A DNA stretch of 64,000 nt from NCBI RefSeq assembly GCF_009834535.1, contig NC_045696.1, positions 12,588,001-12,652,000 on the forward strand. The letters are read 5' to 3'. Positions 11,241 to 24,083 of this stretch are shown piece after piece. The stretch is from Camelus ferus (taxonomy: Eukaryota). The position numbers were made by a program, and so were the translations under genes. The notes beneath the pieces were generated by a model. That model saw only the letters and a list, made by a program, of their open reading frames with translations, was not told the DNA's origin and did no database searches. Numbering within the stretch: the first letter of the stretch is position 1; each line of letters begins with the position of its first letter.

Positions 11241-12227
11241 AGTAAAATAGATTTTAAAGTTTGAAAATGATTTCAATAGTACAAAAGAACTGTCCTAAAT
11301 TGATAGGTTTCCCATAATTTCCTTGAGTATGAAATTTTATTTTTTTAACCAAAGTGACAATTAAGTGCTTTACAGACAGATATAGAAAGTTACATAATTA
11401 TGAAAAAAACCAAAATAATATACTTTAGAGAAGGCTGTTTTCTTAAGTAATCAGACATGAAGCATATGAAATTATTTTGATAAAACGTAGTCTTTTTTGT
11501 TCTAGGCAGATTACTTAAAACATAAAAATCTTTCCGTCTTATCAATAACAGACCAAATAGTCCAAGAAAATTTTGTCCTGAAGCAGAAAAAAATTAAATT
11601 TTAGTTTTATCTAAGTACACTACTGATATTAAAGCTTGTTTTTAAACCCTCATAATAAGTTCACTGAATATCAAATTTTCAAAAGGCAGAACAAACTTTT
11701 CCTGAAATCTGCAAAACAAATGCAAAATGTGGTAAATACAGTTCATCTCTTTTGACAGACTTGTCTCAGTACTTCCCCTGTTTTTCACCTTCAGCTTTTT
11801 CCCTCTCCTCCTCAATACTGTTTCATATCTCTGACTCTTTTCTTCTCCTCATCTCTCATCTTTACCCACACCGCACCATTTTTCATGATGATTTTGCACC
11901 ATTTTCTCTCCTCTCAGGCCCTCTCCTATCTCCTCATCTGCCTCTGTCTTTTCCTTTTTCCCTCTCCATTCCTTTTCCATCTTCACTTTCCTTTAACTCG
12001 TTTTCCTACTGCAAGTGATGCCAATGCAATGGCCTTCAATGTGAAAAGTCCTTTACTACCTAAAAAAGCATGTTTCACATACATTATCTCATTTAATGCG
12101 TCTCCTATGTCACCTATGTTATGGCTGGTCACGTAGTAGGTATTTAATAAAAATTAACTTAATTGAAAAAGTCTTTTCACCTTAGACTATGAGTGCCTAT
12201 AATGCCTCTGCTATATTCACATCTATA

Positions 12228-12711
12228 AAATATCTATTGTGACATAGCAGACCATGCCAAAACCTATTGGCTCAAAACAATATGAATTTATTCTCATAAT
12301 GCTATAGATTGAGTAAGTGCTTCTTCTGCTTGTCTGACCTGGACTCACATGGGACTACACTGAGCTGGTGACTGGGCTGAGCTGCAGAATTCCAAGATGG
12401 CACCACCCAGGTGTCTGGGCTTTAGCGAAGATGGATGGAAGGCTGGAAAATCTTCTCTCCATCTGGTCTCTCATAATTCAGTAGTCTATCTAGAGCCCCT
12501 TTGCATGTGACTTATTTCCAAGAGGGCAAAAAAGGAGGCTGCAACGGCTCTTAAAGCCTTAGACTAGAAATCACACATCATGACTTTCACTGTTCTGTGG
12601 AACAGGCTCGTCCTCACACAAAGAAGAGAGAGTAGACTCTACCTCTTGATGGAAAAGGGCATGTAGGATGAGGTAGATTGTTGGAGCCATTTTTTAAAAT
12701 AATCCCCCTCA
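12228..12711 (-). mobile_element. MLT1G/H-like MaLR LTR
   Basis: TCCAAGATGGC, GAAATCACACATCATGACTTTCACTG, GACTCTACCTCTTGATGG, GCCATTTTTTAAAATAATC. Confidence 0.7.
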
Positions 12712-12926
12712 GGTAGTGGTGTGATAAGTGAGTCTTCAAATTTTCTATTTATAGATCACCCATCCTTCAGAAACAGCAAGTTCAAAATCTTCACGTTGTC
12801 TAGATGTAAGAATAATTAGTAAAATAAAATAGAGTGTCTCAGAACAGGCACAAATACATAGCAAATTTAATACATTAAAAAGTTAGAAACTCAAATGAGT
12901 GGGAATAAAGAACTTTTCTAAATGAA

Positions 12927-13921
12927 ATTTTTATTGAGATAATTATAAATTCACATGCATTTATAAAAAATAATACAGAGACATCCTTTGTACACTGTGC
13001 ATTTTCTCTCAACAACATTTTGCAAAATACACAATTTTGACACCATGAGAATCTCTCGTGTTGTCATCATGTGACCACATACACCTCCTTTACCCCACCC
13101 TCTACCTCACATCCCCAGCCTTTGGCAACCACTAACCTGTCCTCCATTTCTAAAATATTGTCATTTCAAAATATTATGCAGACATACTTCGTTTCATGCA
13201 CCTCACTGTACTTCACTTTGCAGATGCTATGTTTTTCATAAATTGAAGGTGGTGGCAACTCTGTGCCAAGCAAGTCTACCAGAACCATTTTTCCAACAAT
13301 GTCTGATCACTTCATGTCTCTGTGTCACATTCATTTTGGTAATTCACACAATATTTCAAACTTTTTTGTTATTATTGTATTTCTTAAGGTGATCTGCAAT
13401 CAGTGATCTTTGATGTTACTACCATGACTCACTGAAGGTACAGATGGTAGTTTGCATTTTTTAGCAATAAAATATTTTTAATTAAGGTATGTACATTGTT
13501 TTGTCAGATATAATGCTACTGTACACTTAACAGACTACAGTATATTGCAAACGTAATTTTATATGCACTGGGAAAGCAAAACATTTGTGTGACACACTTT
13601 ATTGTGATATTTACTTTATTGCCGTGGTCCAGAACCAAACCCACAATATCTCTGAGGCATCCTTGTGTAAGTGGAATTATACAGTTATGCAACTTTTGAG
13701 GACTGGCTTTTTTCACTCAGCATAATTCCCTGGAGATTTGTCCAAGTCATTATGTCTATCAATAGTCTGTTCCTTTTTGTTGCTGGGTAGTATTCCTCCA
13801 TATGTGTGTCCATAGTTTGTTTAGTCATTCACCTGTTGAAGGACAAATGGACAGATTCCAGTTTTAGGTTATTACAAATAACACTTCTATAAACACTTAT
13901 GTACAGGTTTTCAAATGAATA
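12927..13921 (-). mobile_element. L1MC-type 3' region interrupted by a Tigger1 derivative
   Basis: TTTTATTGAGATAATTATAAATTCACATGCA...AATAATACAGAGA; resumes after 13667 with GGAATTATACAG...TTTCACTCAGCATAATT. Confidence 0.8.
13179..13665 (+). mobile_element. Non-autonomous internally deleted Tigger1 (Tigger1a_Art-like)
   Basis: Tigger1 left end CAGACATACTTCG...AAATTGAAGG joined to right end ...CAATATCTCTGAGGCATCCTTG; ~490 bp. Confidence 0.9.
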
Positions 13922-14840
13922 TAAGGGGCCCTTGGGCAGATAGAGAACAGGAGGGACCTCAGGACTGATAAGAGATCACACATTTTGGGGTGACAAGTGT
14001 CCTAGAGGTAGGCAAAGAAAGATGGGAAAGGGCAGGAATCTCCAGTGTCCAAATGTATCCTTTGCTCATTATGGCTTCGTTACAATAAAATTAGCCTTGC
14101 AGATTAGGAGTACCCTTCACGTGCCAACACCAGAACACTTTCAATCCAGACTAAATAAGGACAAAAATCTCTCCTCCCCTCAGGAAGGTGGAGCTGGGAT
14201 GAAAATCAGAGAATATGACCCCAAATCCTTCCCTCCGCAATAGATAATCCACCCATTCGGTTTTTTTCAATGCAGAATTTAGTGTCTAAACTACCGAGGA
14301 CATTTTTTGCAGAACAAGTACAAATAATCCTAAAATTTATATGGAACCACAAAAGACACTGAATTGCCAAGGCAATACTGGATTAAAAAGAAGGAAGCTG
14401 GAGGAATAACCCTCCCAAACTTCAGAAAATCCTACAGAGCTACAGTAATCAAAACAGTGTGGTTCTGGTACAAAGACAAATATACGAATCAATGGAACAG
14501 AATAGAGAACCCAGAAATAAACCCACAGACTTTTGGTCAATTAATCTTTGACAAGGGAGGCAAGAATATACAATGGAGAAAAGACAGTCTCTTCAGCAAG
14601 TGGTATTGGGAAAACCGGACAGCTGCATATAAGTCAATGAAGTTAGAACACTCATTCATTTTCACACCCTATATAACCAACTTGCCAAAGAAACTCAATG
14701 CAGCTGCTCACCTGAGCCTGCCCACTCTCCTCCTGAGTGTACTATCTACTGCTTAATAAATTCTCTCTTTACTTTCTCGACCTCCATGTCTCGTCTCTGA
14801 ATTCTTCCCATGGTAAGACAAGACCTAATAGCTGGCAACA
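13922..14840 (+). mobile_element. ERV LTR (probably solo) interrupted by an L1 ORF2 fragment
   Basis: TATATAA 14670-14676, AATAAA 14755-14760, U5-like GTCTCTGAATTCTTCCC...CAAGAC and terminal CAACA; family not identified. Confidence 0.7.
14266..14653 (+). mobile_element. Internal L1 ORF2 fragment without 3' UTR or poly-A
   Basis: Translates KKKEAGGITLPNFRKSYRATVIKTVWFWYKDKYTNQWNRIENPEINPQTFGQLIFDKGGKNIQWRKDSLFSKWYWEN, the post-RT region of L1 ORF2p. Confidence 0.95.
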
Positions 14841-14899
14841 CCAGGGCACAGATTGGTATGGATAATTCTAAAGAGTGGATCAGGAGAAATAAAGGGAGA

Positions 14900-15590
14900 C
14901 TATGCAGCATAGCAAGAAGTGGGGAATTATGCCCCCTTCTCATTATTACTGATAAGAGCACAGAATGGCACAACCCCTAAAAGAGAGCAATTATCAAAAT
15001 GCAACTAACTGCAGTAGACTACACTTTGACCCCGAAATCCCACTTGTGGGAATTTACCTTAAAGTTATACCTCCACTCACAGGAAATGTTGCATGTTCAA
15101 GATTATTTATTTTAGCATCATACTTAATGTAAAAAAATTAACAACAATCCCATGTATAAGGGAATGGTAAAATGACCTACAGTGCAACCACACAATGGTA
15201 CACTGTGCAGCTGTCATAAAGAGTGAGGAAGACCTCTAAGTATTGACATGGAAAGATTTCCAAGATATGCTAAACAGAAGGTAAGGTCCAAATCAGCATA
15301 AAAGATGCTAATTTATCGTTAAACAGGGAGAAAAATAAGAATCTCTATGTCTAAATAAAAACAATAGAAGGATATACAAAAATGTGATGAAATGTTACCC
15401 TCAGGATGGACAGGAACATGAGTGTGAACAAGACTTCTTAATACGTTTTTACGTTTCCACTGATTTTTTTAACATTGGTATCGATTCTTATTGATTTTAT
15501 TTTTTATATTTTGTTCATTTATTTTTTTCTGATACGTTTTATCAGTTTGATATTTTGAACCATGTAAAAGTATTATCTATAAAAGTTCTT
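14900..15590 (+). mobile_element. Ancient L1ME-type 3' region
   Basis: CTTTGACCCCGAAATCCCACTTGTGGGAATTTACC; TATTGACATGGAAAGATTTCCAAGATATG. Confidence 0.65.
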
Positions 15591-17929
15591 TTAATTATCA
15601 TGTGTTCCCTTTCTTGAAACCTAAAAATGTTCCTTATTGGGAGGAAAAGATCAGAGTCCATTTAAGGTCTCTCCTCCTTTCTCACAAATTCTGCTATTCA
15701 AAAAACCCATCAACCCAATTGTCCATAAGCCTTCTGAGACCCCCTTTAACTATCTAAATAAAATTCAGTCCCTAATCCCAAACGCTGTGAAAGCTGCAAT
15801 GTTCCTTGAAATTCCTGAAGATATCTGCTCAAATCCCACTCTCAGCTTGAGTCTTGGATGCATCCATTTACAATCCGGCATTCTTTGTGTCTGTTATCTT
15901 TGGTTCTATTTTGTCCCACATTTGTCCACACTCATTCCATTTTTATTTTCACAGAGTATCATTAAAATGTGGCTGCTGTAACAGAATTTTATGGGCAGTT
16001 GAAGGGTTCTGGAGGATATCAAGATAATTAGCAAAGACTTAGAAAATGGTGAAGTAATTGCAAAAGTATTTACGGGGTACCCTTTCTGTGCAGTGCTGGG
16101 ATAGTCTAGCAGATCAGCCGGGGGTATGCACCTTTGGCTGTCTTTCCATCGGCTAGAATATTTTGCAGCCCTGTAGGAGGAAGCTGTAGAAAACTGATAA
16201 TGACATAGGTGAATTCTTCCAGCAGAAATACAATTGATTTGAACTGTGTAAAAATGATGATCCCAAATAATACATTTTATTGCCCTGAACAATACTACTC
16301 AAATTTGCATCAATTTCAGCATTCTGGATTACCTAAACGTGTGTGTGTGTGTGTGTAGCTATATCCTTTATACAGATTATCTTTAAATTAACCTTTAAAC
16401 ATTAATTCAAACTGTGAATTATGTAAAATTTGTATAAGAGAATAATGATTTTAGATTTTTGAAAATTATACTTTGGTAAGGGGATTAGGTCTCAACATAC
16501 CAGAAAGGAAAATAAGAACTTCGTATTGAATATCAGACACCCTGTTTCTGAAAATTCTTAGCTACGCCACAGTTATTTCTCATGGGTCTTGTGTCTCCAT
16601 GGGCCATGGCCTCCTGCCACGTTTCTCAGGCACTTCCTCTCTACACCTTCCCTGCATTCACTCTTCTTTCAACTCCCAATATCTCCAGCATCAAGGGACA
16701 ACCCCGAGATGCCTATTTCTTTATAAGGTGGAGGAATTTAACTCCAAACCCCTACCTGAGACTTAGCTTCTGGCCCCCTTTGAGTATGCAAGAGGGGCTT
16801 ATGATCATTTTCTCTTCTTTATAATTTTTTTAAAATGTCATCTATATTTGAAATTAATGTTGCTGCTGCCTGAGAATTTCCTCTTTTATTGGCACATGAT
16901 TTTCCACTAGGCATGTAACACCCTCTGCCAACCGATCATGTGTGCCATTTTGAACAAATAAAACTCCTCAAACTGAAAGCTTCCACAGCAGGAAGAGCCT
17001 CTGTACTCAGTAAGGACCAGATTCTCGGTATAAATATCATAGCTCAGGACCAGATACCGATGTGGAAAAACCTCACTGGGTTCTGCTTGGCTAACTATGG
17101 GAGACTAAAGTAAACAACATTTAAAGTTCCTTCAAATCTTGAGATTCAAAGAGATAACAATATTTTGTGAACTAAGGTTTTACTCGCTAAAGTGGCAAGA
17201 GGTGAGTAAACCACTCAATGTCTATGCAACAAAGAAGTTGTTTGAATCTCTCAAGTCCCAACTGCCTGGAAGAATCCTGGGAAACTTAGGCATTCCTCTA
17301 AGCTGGCACTATAGTTCTTCCGTGGCTGTGTTTGACACCATCCTTCCCTATTGGTGGCCTTTATCTGCCCCGGATTCTCTGGCTCTTGATCCACCCTCGA
17401 TATTGCTCCTGAGCTGTGACTCTGACATCACTGCTTGTTGACATCATTCATCTACCACCAGGGCCTCCAGACAGGCTGCACTTGTCTGCAGTCAAGGCTT
17501 TTCACTGAGATAGCAAGAGCTCTGTCACCGTGGTTATGGATCTTCAGGGTTTCCCAAAAGCATGGTCCTTTCACTCTTCAGGTCCTAAATAACTTCTACT
17601 AAGATGGCTTTATTAGTCTCACCTTTCAGTTTTTTTCCCCAAGGCCCTATCTCAAGGAACATGGGCTATGTTCACTTAAGGCCAGTTGAGCAGGCATTAA
17701 AGTAGCATTTCATGGTGTCTATTTTAAAGCCCCTCCCACTGCTCAACCTCAACCTACAGGTGAACTCCCTATCAATTCAGGGTATTCCCTGAAGACCAGA
17801 ATGCAGTTTTGTATGCCTCTTGTTCTGGCTTTTTAACTTCAGGGCCTTGCAACCTATTTATCCATCCCTAAGATCTTCTTCATCTTTGTGGCCACTTACA
17901 AAGCCATGCTAGGGGTTTCAAGGTATGCT

Positions 17930-18401
17930 CCTGTGTTCAGAGGTCCTCAGTAATTCACTGGAATGACTCAGCTCAAGGGAACTGTTATGCTTACAATTAT
18001 GGTTCATTATATATCAAGACGATTCAGATTAAAATCATCAGTGGAAGAAGGTAAACTCCAGGAGAAACTAGGCATAAGCTTCCAGTGGTCCTCTTGCAGT
18101 AGATTCACGGGGACAGCTTAATTCTCCCAGCAACAGTGTGCGGCAATAAGCACAGAGTATTACCTGCTAGGGAAGCTCACCTGAGCCTTGGTGTCTGGGC
18201 TGGCTGCCCACTGGGTTGAGCTTCAGACTCCCATCCCTCTAGAGGTCAAGCTGATGCTGCTTCCAGGTGAACAGAGATGCTCTTATCAAGTAAGATACTC
18301 CAAAAGCTTGGAGGTTACCTCCCAGGAGCCGGCAAAGGTCAACCTTTCTCTGGAAAGTACTGGGTGTGGGCAACCTGCTAAGTTGACTTTTTTACTATCC
18401 A
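17930..18401 (-). mobile_element. MER21C-like ERVL LTR
   Basis: CAGATTAAAATCATCAG...CTTAATTCTCCCAGCAAC...AGGGAAGCTCACCTGAGCCTTGGTGTC...GGTTACCTCCCAGGAGCCGG. Confidence 0.8.
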
Positions 18402-18770
18402 GTTCCATTAGGACCACCTAAGATTCTTAACACAAAAACTACTTCATTCAAAATCAAAAGGGTGCTCAAACACCAAAATCAGTATTTATCATACCTTAAC
18501 CATTCTCCCTTTTGACTTTTCAAAATTGGATAGTCCTAATTTTTGCAGTGTAATCTCAACTGAGAGTGACTTTATGCCTTTGGTCATTTTTCTTCTTTAT
18601 TTCGATTATCTTACTTGACACATAGAGAACTGAACTGCATCTAATATCATAATTTATACATAACATTAGGAAAATATCTGTGCCTAAAATATTTTCAAAA
18701 TATCTTTGTCCAAAATACTTGTGTTTAATGCTCAACATTTATAGGCATTTTAGACCAAAGAAATGGACCT

Positions 18771-19215
18771 TGTGATGGTTAATTTTATGTGTCAACTTGA
18801 CTAGATAAAGAGTTACCTAGATAACTTGTTAAACATTTTTTCTCATTGTGTCTACAGAGATGTTTCCAGAAGAGATTACATTTGAATTAGTGAGCTGAGC
18901 AAAGCAGATGGACCTCCTCAATGCGGGTGGGCATCATCCAATCCATTGGGGACCTGAATAGAATAAAAAGGCAAGGAGGTTTGAATTCTCTCTCTCTCTT
19001 CCTGACTACTTGAGCTAGAACACGGATCTTTTCCTTCCTTCAGCAATCCTGTTTCTCAGGGCTTCAGATCCAGACTGGAATCTACACCATTGGCTCTTGG
19101 TTCTCACGGCTGTGAATTACACCACCAGCTCTCCTGGATCTCCAGCCTGAGATGGCAGGTCATGGGACTTCTCAGCCTGCATAACTGCATGAGTCAATAC
19201 CTTATTTTATATATG
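18771..19215 (+). mobile_element. MLT2 (ERVL) LTR
   Basis: Starts TGTGATGGTTAATTTTATGTGTCAACTTGACT; contains GGGTGGGCATCATCCAATCC and GGGACTTCTCAGCCTGCATAACTGCATGAG. Confidence 0.9.
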
Positions 19216-19510
19216 TGCTCATTTAGTTTAATATATATATGATAAATGTAATACATTGTGCTTTCACTAATACACATTGAATTATACTTATCCAAAAGGA
19301 AAATATGAATACTTAAGTAAATTTAAGAAAATTTAAATTCTGCATGTCATAAAAGAATAAATGAATAGTTTGAAAAAACTTTTAGGTAATTGTTGTCATA
19401 TATGCACTAGAAAAAAAGTGTAATATCCCTAATTTATAAAGAACTCACAACAAGAAAACTGAGAACTTTTAAAAAAAATTTTATTAAAGTATAGTTGATA
19501 TCTATCTTTT

Positions 19511-20560
19511 CAAAAAGATGACCTACAGAATGGGAGAAAATACTTGCAAATGATTTGACCTAATAAGGGATTAATATCAAAATATATAAATAGCTCATAC
19601 AAGTTAATATCAAAAAAAAACAAACCACCTAATTAATAAAACTGGCAGAAGATCTGAATAGATATTTTTCCGTAGAAGACATACAGATGGCTAACAGGTA
19701 CATCAAAAGATGTTCAACATGGCTAGTCAGGGACATGCAAATCAAAACCACAATGAGGTAATGAGCTATCAACTTACAATGGTCAGAATGGCCATCATCA
19801 AAAAGTCTACAAATAACAAATGTTGGCAAAGATATGGTGAAAAGGGAACCCTTGTACACTGTTGATGGGAGTGTGAATTTGTGCATTCACTATGGAAAAC
19901 AGTATGGAAATTCCTAAAAAAACTAAAAATAGAACTGCCACATGATCCAGCAATTCCTCTGCTAGGTGTATATCCAAATGAAATGTTAATACTAATCCAA
20001 AAAGATATATGCACCCCAGTGTTCATAGCAGCATTATTTACAATAGCCAAGATTTGGAAGCAACCTAAGTGGCCATCAACATATGAATGGATAAAAAAGA
20101 TTATATTCCACACAATGGAATATTACTCAGCCATAAAAAAGATTGAAATTCTGGCATTTTCAAAAGCATGGATGGACCTAGAGAGTATTATGACTAGTGA
20201 AATAAGTCAGACAGAGAAAGACAAATACTCTGTATTATAAGTTACATGTGATATCTAAAACATAAAACAAAACAGAAACAGACTCACAGGTATAGATAAC
20301 AAACTAATGGTTGCCAGTAAAGAAGAGGAAATAGGGAGGGGGAGATAGTGGTATACAATTAAGACACATAAGCTACCATGTATGAAATAGATAAGCAGCA
20401 AGGATATATTGTATATTACAGGGAAATATGACCATTATTTTGTAATAACTTTAAATGTAGTATAATCTATAAAAATATTGAATCATTATGTTGTAGACCT
20501 GAAACTAATATAATATTGTAAATCAACTATACATCAATCAATCAATAAATAATATAATAA
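19511..20560 (+). mobile_element. 5'-truncated L1 (ORF2 C-terminus + 3' UTR)
   Basis: Peptide [29 protein letters not shown]...[20 protein letters not shown]; ends TTGTAAATCAACTATAC plus an A-rich tail. Confidence 0.92.
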
Positions 20561-20737
20561 AATGCAAAAAAGATAAAAATTAATCTAATACCCCATTACA
20601 GAATTGTAATTTTGCAGAAATACTGATGTTCTCTCTTGCCAAATAATACATTTACATTGATGTAAGAAAAATTGATCAGATGATTAAAATCAATATTCAA
20701 AATGTCTCTATGAAGATAATGCTTATATTCTTAAAAA

Positions 20738-21965
20738 GCAGCATTATTCACAAAAGCCAAGTATAGAAACAAATGAAGTCAGTCAATGGATGAATAGACA
20801 GAGAAAATGTGTTATATGTACATCACACATATATATGTATATATAATGAAACATTAATCAGCCTTAAAAAAGAAGGAAATCATGTCATTTGTGACAGCAT
20901 GGATAGAATTTGAAGGCATTAGGCTAAGTGAAATATGCCAGAGAGAGGAAGAAAAATACTTCATGGTATCACTTATATGTGGAGTTTTTTTTTAAAGGTA
21001 AACTCATAGAAATAGAGAGTAGAAAGGTGGTTGCCAGGGGTTGAGGGTGGGGGAAACAGGAAAAGTTTGGTAAAAGGGTGCAAACTTTCAGTTATAAGAT
21101 GATAAGTTCTAAGGATCTAATATGTGACATGGTGACTAGAGCTTACAGCACAGCAGTGTTAAGTTTGAAACTTGCTAAGAGAACAGAGTTGAAATGTTAT
21201 CAAAAAAAGGAAATATGATCCAGAAAAAAGGAACCCTACTTTAGGATGACACCTGCACCCCAATGTTCATAGCAGCATTATTTACAATAGCCAAGACATG
21301 GAAATAGCCTACACGTCCATCAACAGATGACTGGATAAAGAAGCTGTGGTATACTTATACAATGGAATACTACTCAGCCATAAAAACTGACAACATAACG
21401 CCATTTGCAGCAACATGGATGCTTCTGGAGAATGTCATTCTAAGTGAAGTAAGCCAGAAAGAGAAAGAAAAATACCATATGAGATAGCTCAAATGTGGAA
21501 TCTAAACAAACGAACAAACAAAGCAAGCATAAATACAGAACAGAAATAGACTCACAGACATAGAATGTAACTTGTGGTTGCCAAGGTGGTGAGGGGTGGG
21601 AAGATATAGACTGGGATTTCAAAATTGTAGAATAGATAAACAAGATTATACTGTATAGCACAGCGAAATATATACAAGATCTTATGGTAGCTCACAGAGA
21701 AAAAAATGTGACAATGAATATATATATGTTCATGTATAATTGAAAAATTGTGCTGTACACTGGAATTTGACACAACATTGTAAAATGATTATAAATCAAT
21801 AAAAAATTTTTTAAAAAAAGGAAATATGTCGGGTGATGGATATGTTAATTAACTCAATGGAGAGAATTCTTTCATAATGTATACATATATTAAATTATCA
21901 CATTGTACACTTTAAATATCTTACAATTTATTTGTCAATTATAATTCAAAATAGCTGGGAAGAAA
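20738..21965 (+). mobile_element. L1MA/MB-type 3' region split by a younger L1
   Basis: GCAGCATTATTCACAAAAGCCAAG...CTTGCTAAGAGAACAG, continuing after 21828 as GGTGATGGATATGTTAATTAACTC...AGCTGGG. Confidence 0.85.
21218..21812 (+). mobile_element. Young 5'-truncated L1
   Basis: Same 3' UTR type as 2993-3940; perfect 16-bp TSD AAAAAAAGGAAATATG at 21202-21217 and 21813-21828. Confidence 0.95.
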
Positions 21966-23429
21966 AGAATATCTCATAAGACTTCTAACTGCTGATAGAA
22001 GAAGCTTGAATTACCAAAAGAAAAATACTTAAAATGCAAATGTGGCAGATATTTCTTCTGTTTAGACATCTCTTGATGCTGCATCCATTGATTTTAGGAT
22101 AGGGAACACTTAATATTAGAAAAAAAATCTTTCCCAGATGGAATTTGAATAAGCCAATGATCTAATTTTTCAAAAATTGTTGTCATGAGGCGGTTGAGAA
22201 GACTGGAACTTTACAGAAGAGCCAGTGTGGCTACAGACTTAACATAGCAAAGAAGTAGAGAAAAACCACTCAGAGAGCTGTCAACTACCATCTTGTTGCA
22301 AGAAGACAAGATTTCTACTTGCAGTAGGAAGCAACTCTGAGTGAAGGGAATGCAGCGTCAGAATCAAAGAATGAATCCATATGGGACCACAGTCAATCTT
22401 AATGGAATTCCTGGAGGCCAGTCTCACGACCCAAAACCTCTTCAGGGGGAAGAGTGACTGCAACAACAAATGTGGGAGAAGGGAAGGCATGACTATAACT
22501 CTCCTTGAGAAAGTGAAAGCTCAAGTAAATGCTATAAAAAAGTGAAAACAAAGCCTCTCTTGGAAAATACACTATCCACTAGCAATGGCTTTTGGTAAAG
22601 GCACATATTGACCAAAACTTACGAGGACTAAGAGCATTCAATCAAAACAAACATACCCGAGTAAATTAAAAACTTGCAAGTAGCATCTTTGTTGCCATAG
22701 AGATCAATGTAAGTAATATCAACATTGGTTCTATATTAAAACACACACACACACACATCAAATAAAGGAAGGCTTTCTTCTCTAAAGCTCCTAATTTTCC
22801 AATGAATGAAACATAAGGCGGCATCTGATCTGAAGTTTCGCTAGGAGGCTCAGAATTCAAATTTGTTCTGCTTAAAGGGAATCAAACTAACAACCAAATG
22901 AACTGCCGATGTCATTTTTTTAAATAAAAGAAATCAAAGAAATTTCAAAGTGTAACATGTTTAAAAATTGAGGAGTCCCATACCTACTAGATGATAGAAG
23001 AGACAAGCAAAAATTGGAATAGCTATCATTGTCTTTGAGATTGCCAAGATCTAAATAACATAGATGAGAAAAACAAAAACAAAAACACAAAAACAACAAC
23101 AAGAAAAAAATAACCCAGATGAGACCCACAAGTAAAACAACTCAGAATCACTCGAGACCAAAATCGCTCCAAGAAATACACGAGAGTGGAAAGGATGAAG
23201 GAATCAGGCAAAATCATAGGGTATGGGTTACAGGCTGGCCATGAAAACATCAGTGCAATAATGATCACTTACCAGTTTTGACAGAAGGAAAAAAATAATT
23301 TTCAAAAGAAAGAAAATGTGTTGTGTTCTCGGAACTATCTAAGCAAGGAGGCCCATTCTAGTTTTCAGGAAAATGTATCATTGTCTGAAGTGGAAGTGCA
23401 AAGAGAAGGGAAGACAACTTACTTTCACT

Positions 23430-23770
23430 GGACAGGGACATGGCCAGACATGCAGGTTGCCCTCGACATGTGCCTTCTTTCCAGACCCTCTCAACAACCC
23501 TGGTAGAAGGTATTATTCATCGCATTTTACGAATATGAGTAACAATTTAGTGAGTGATTCTCGTATACCAGGATCTCTGAAATCTTTGCATGGATTACCT
23601 ATCTCATCTAAGCCTCACAACAACTATTTAGGGAGTGCCAATGTTATCCCATTTTACAGAAGTGGAAACTGAGGCTCAGAATGTTGAGGTCACTTGTTTA
23701 TGGTCGTACATGCACTAACAGTGGAGATGGGATTTCAAGAACCCTGGACTCCTTCATAGCACATGCCCTT
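23430..23770 (-). mobile_element. Two adjacent MIR fragments
   Basis: CTCTCAACAACCCTG...CATTTTAC and CCTCACAACAAC...CCCCATTTTACAGAAGTGGAAACTGAGGCTCAGA. Confidence 0.8.
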
Positions 23771-24083
23771 CCCTCTAGACTAAACACAAGATTTCTAATA
23801 AGAATGAACTGTAGAAAGCATGTCAAAGAGGAAACTGACCCAGGCAGGGCCATCAGTGGCAGAACTTGTCTGGTTTTGAAACCCAGAGCTCCTTCCAGCT
23901 CCCGACAAAGCCAGAATGAAATCCGCAAGATCAGCTTAGTCTTATTCCATCCTCACCAAAATGAAGGTTTCTCATCCTAGAGAGAAGAGGCACTATAAGG
24001 AACTTATTTTAAAATGAAAGTATTAAGGGAAAAATCATTGAAAAAGCCCCCTAAGAATTTTTTTTTCCTAATCAGATGGCCAG

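Noticed and set aside
14364..14756. Longest ORF (130 aa) as a gene
   Set aside because: L1 ORF2 fragment reading into LTR sequence; starts at a non-ATG codon.
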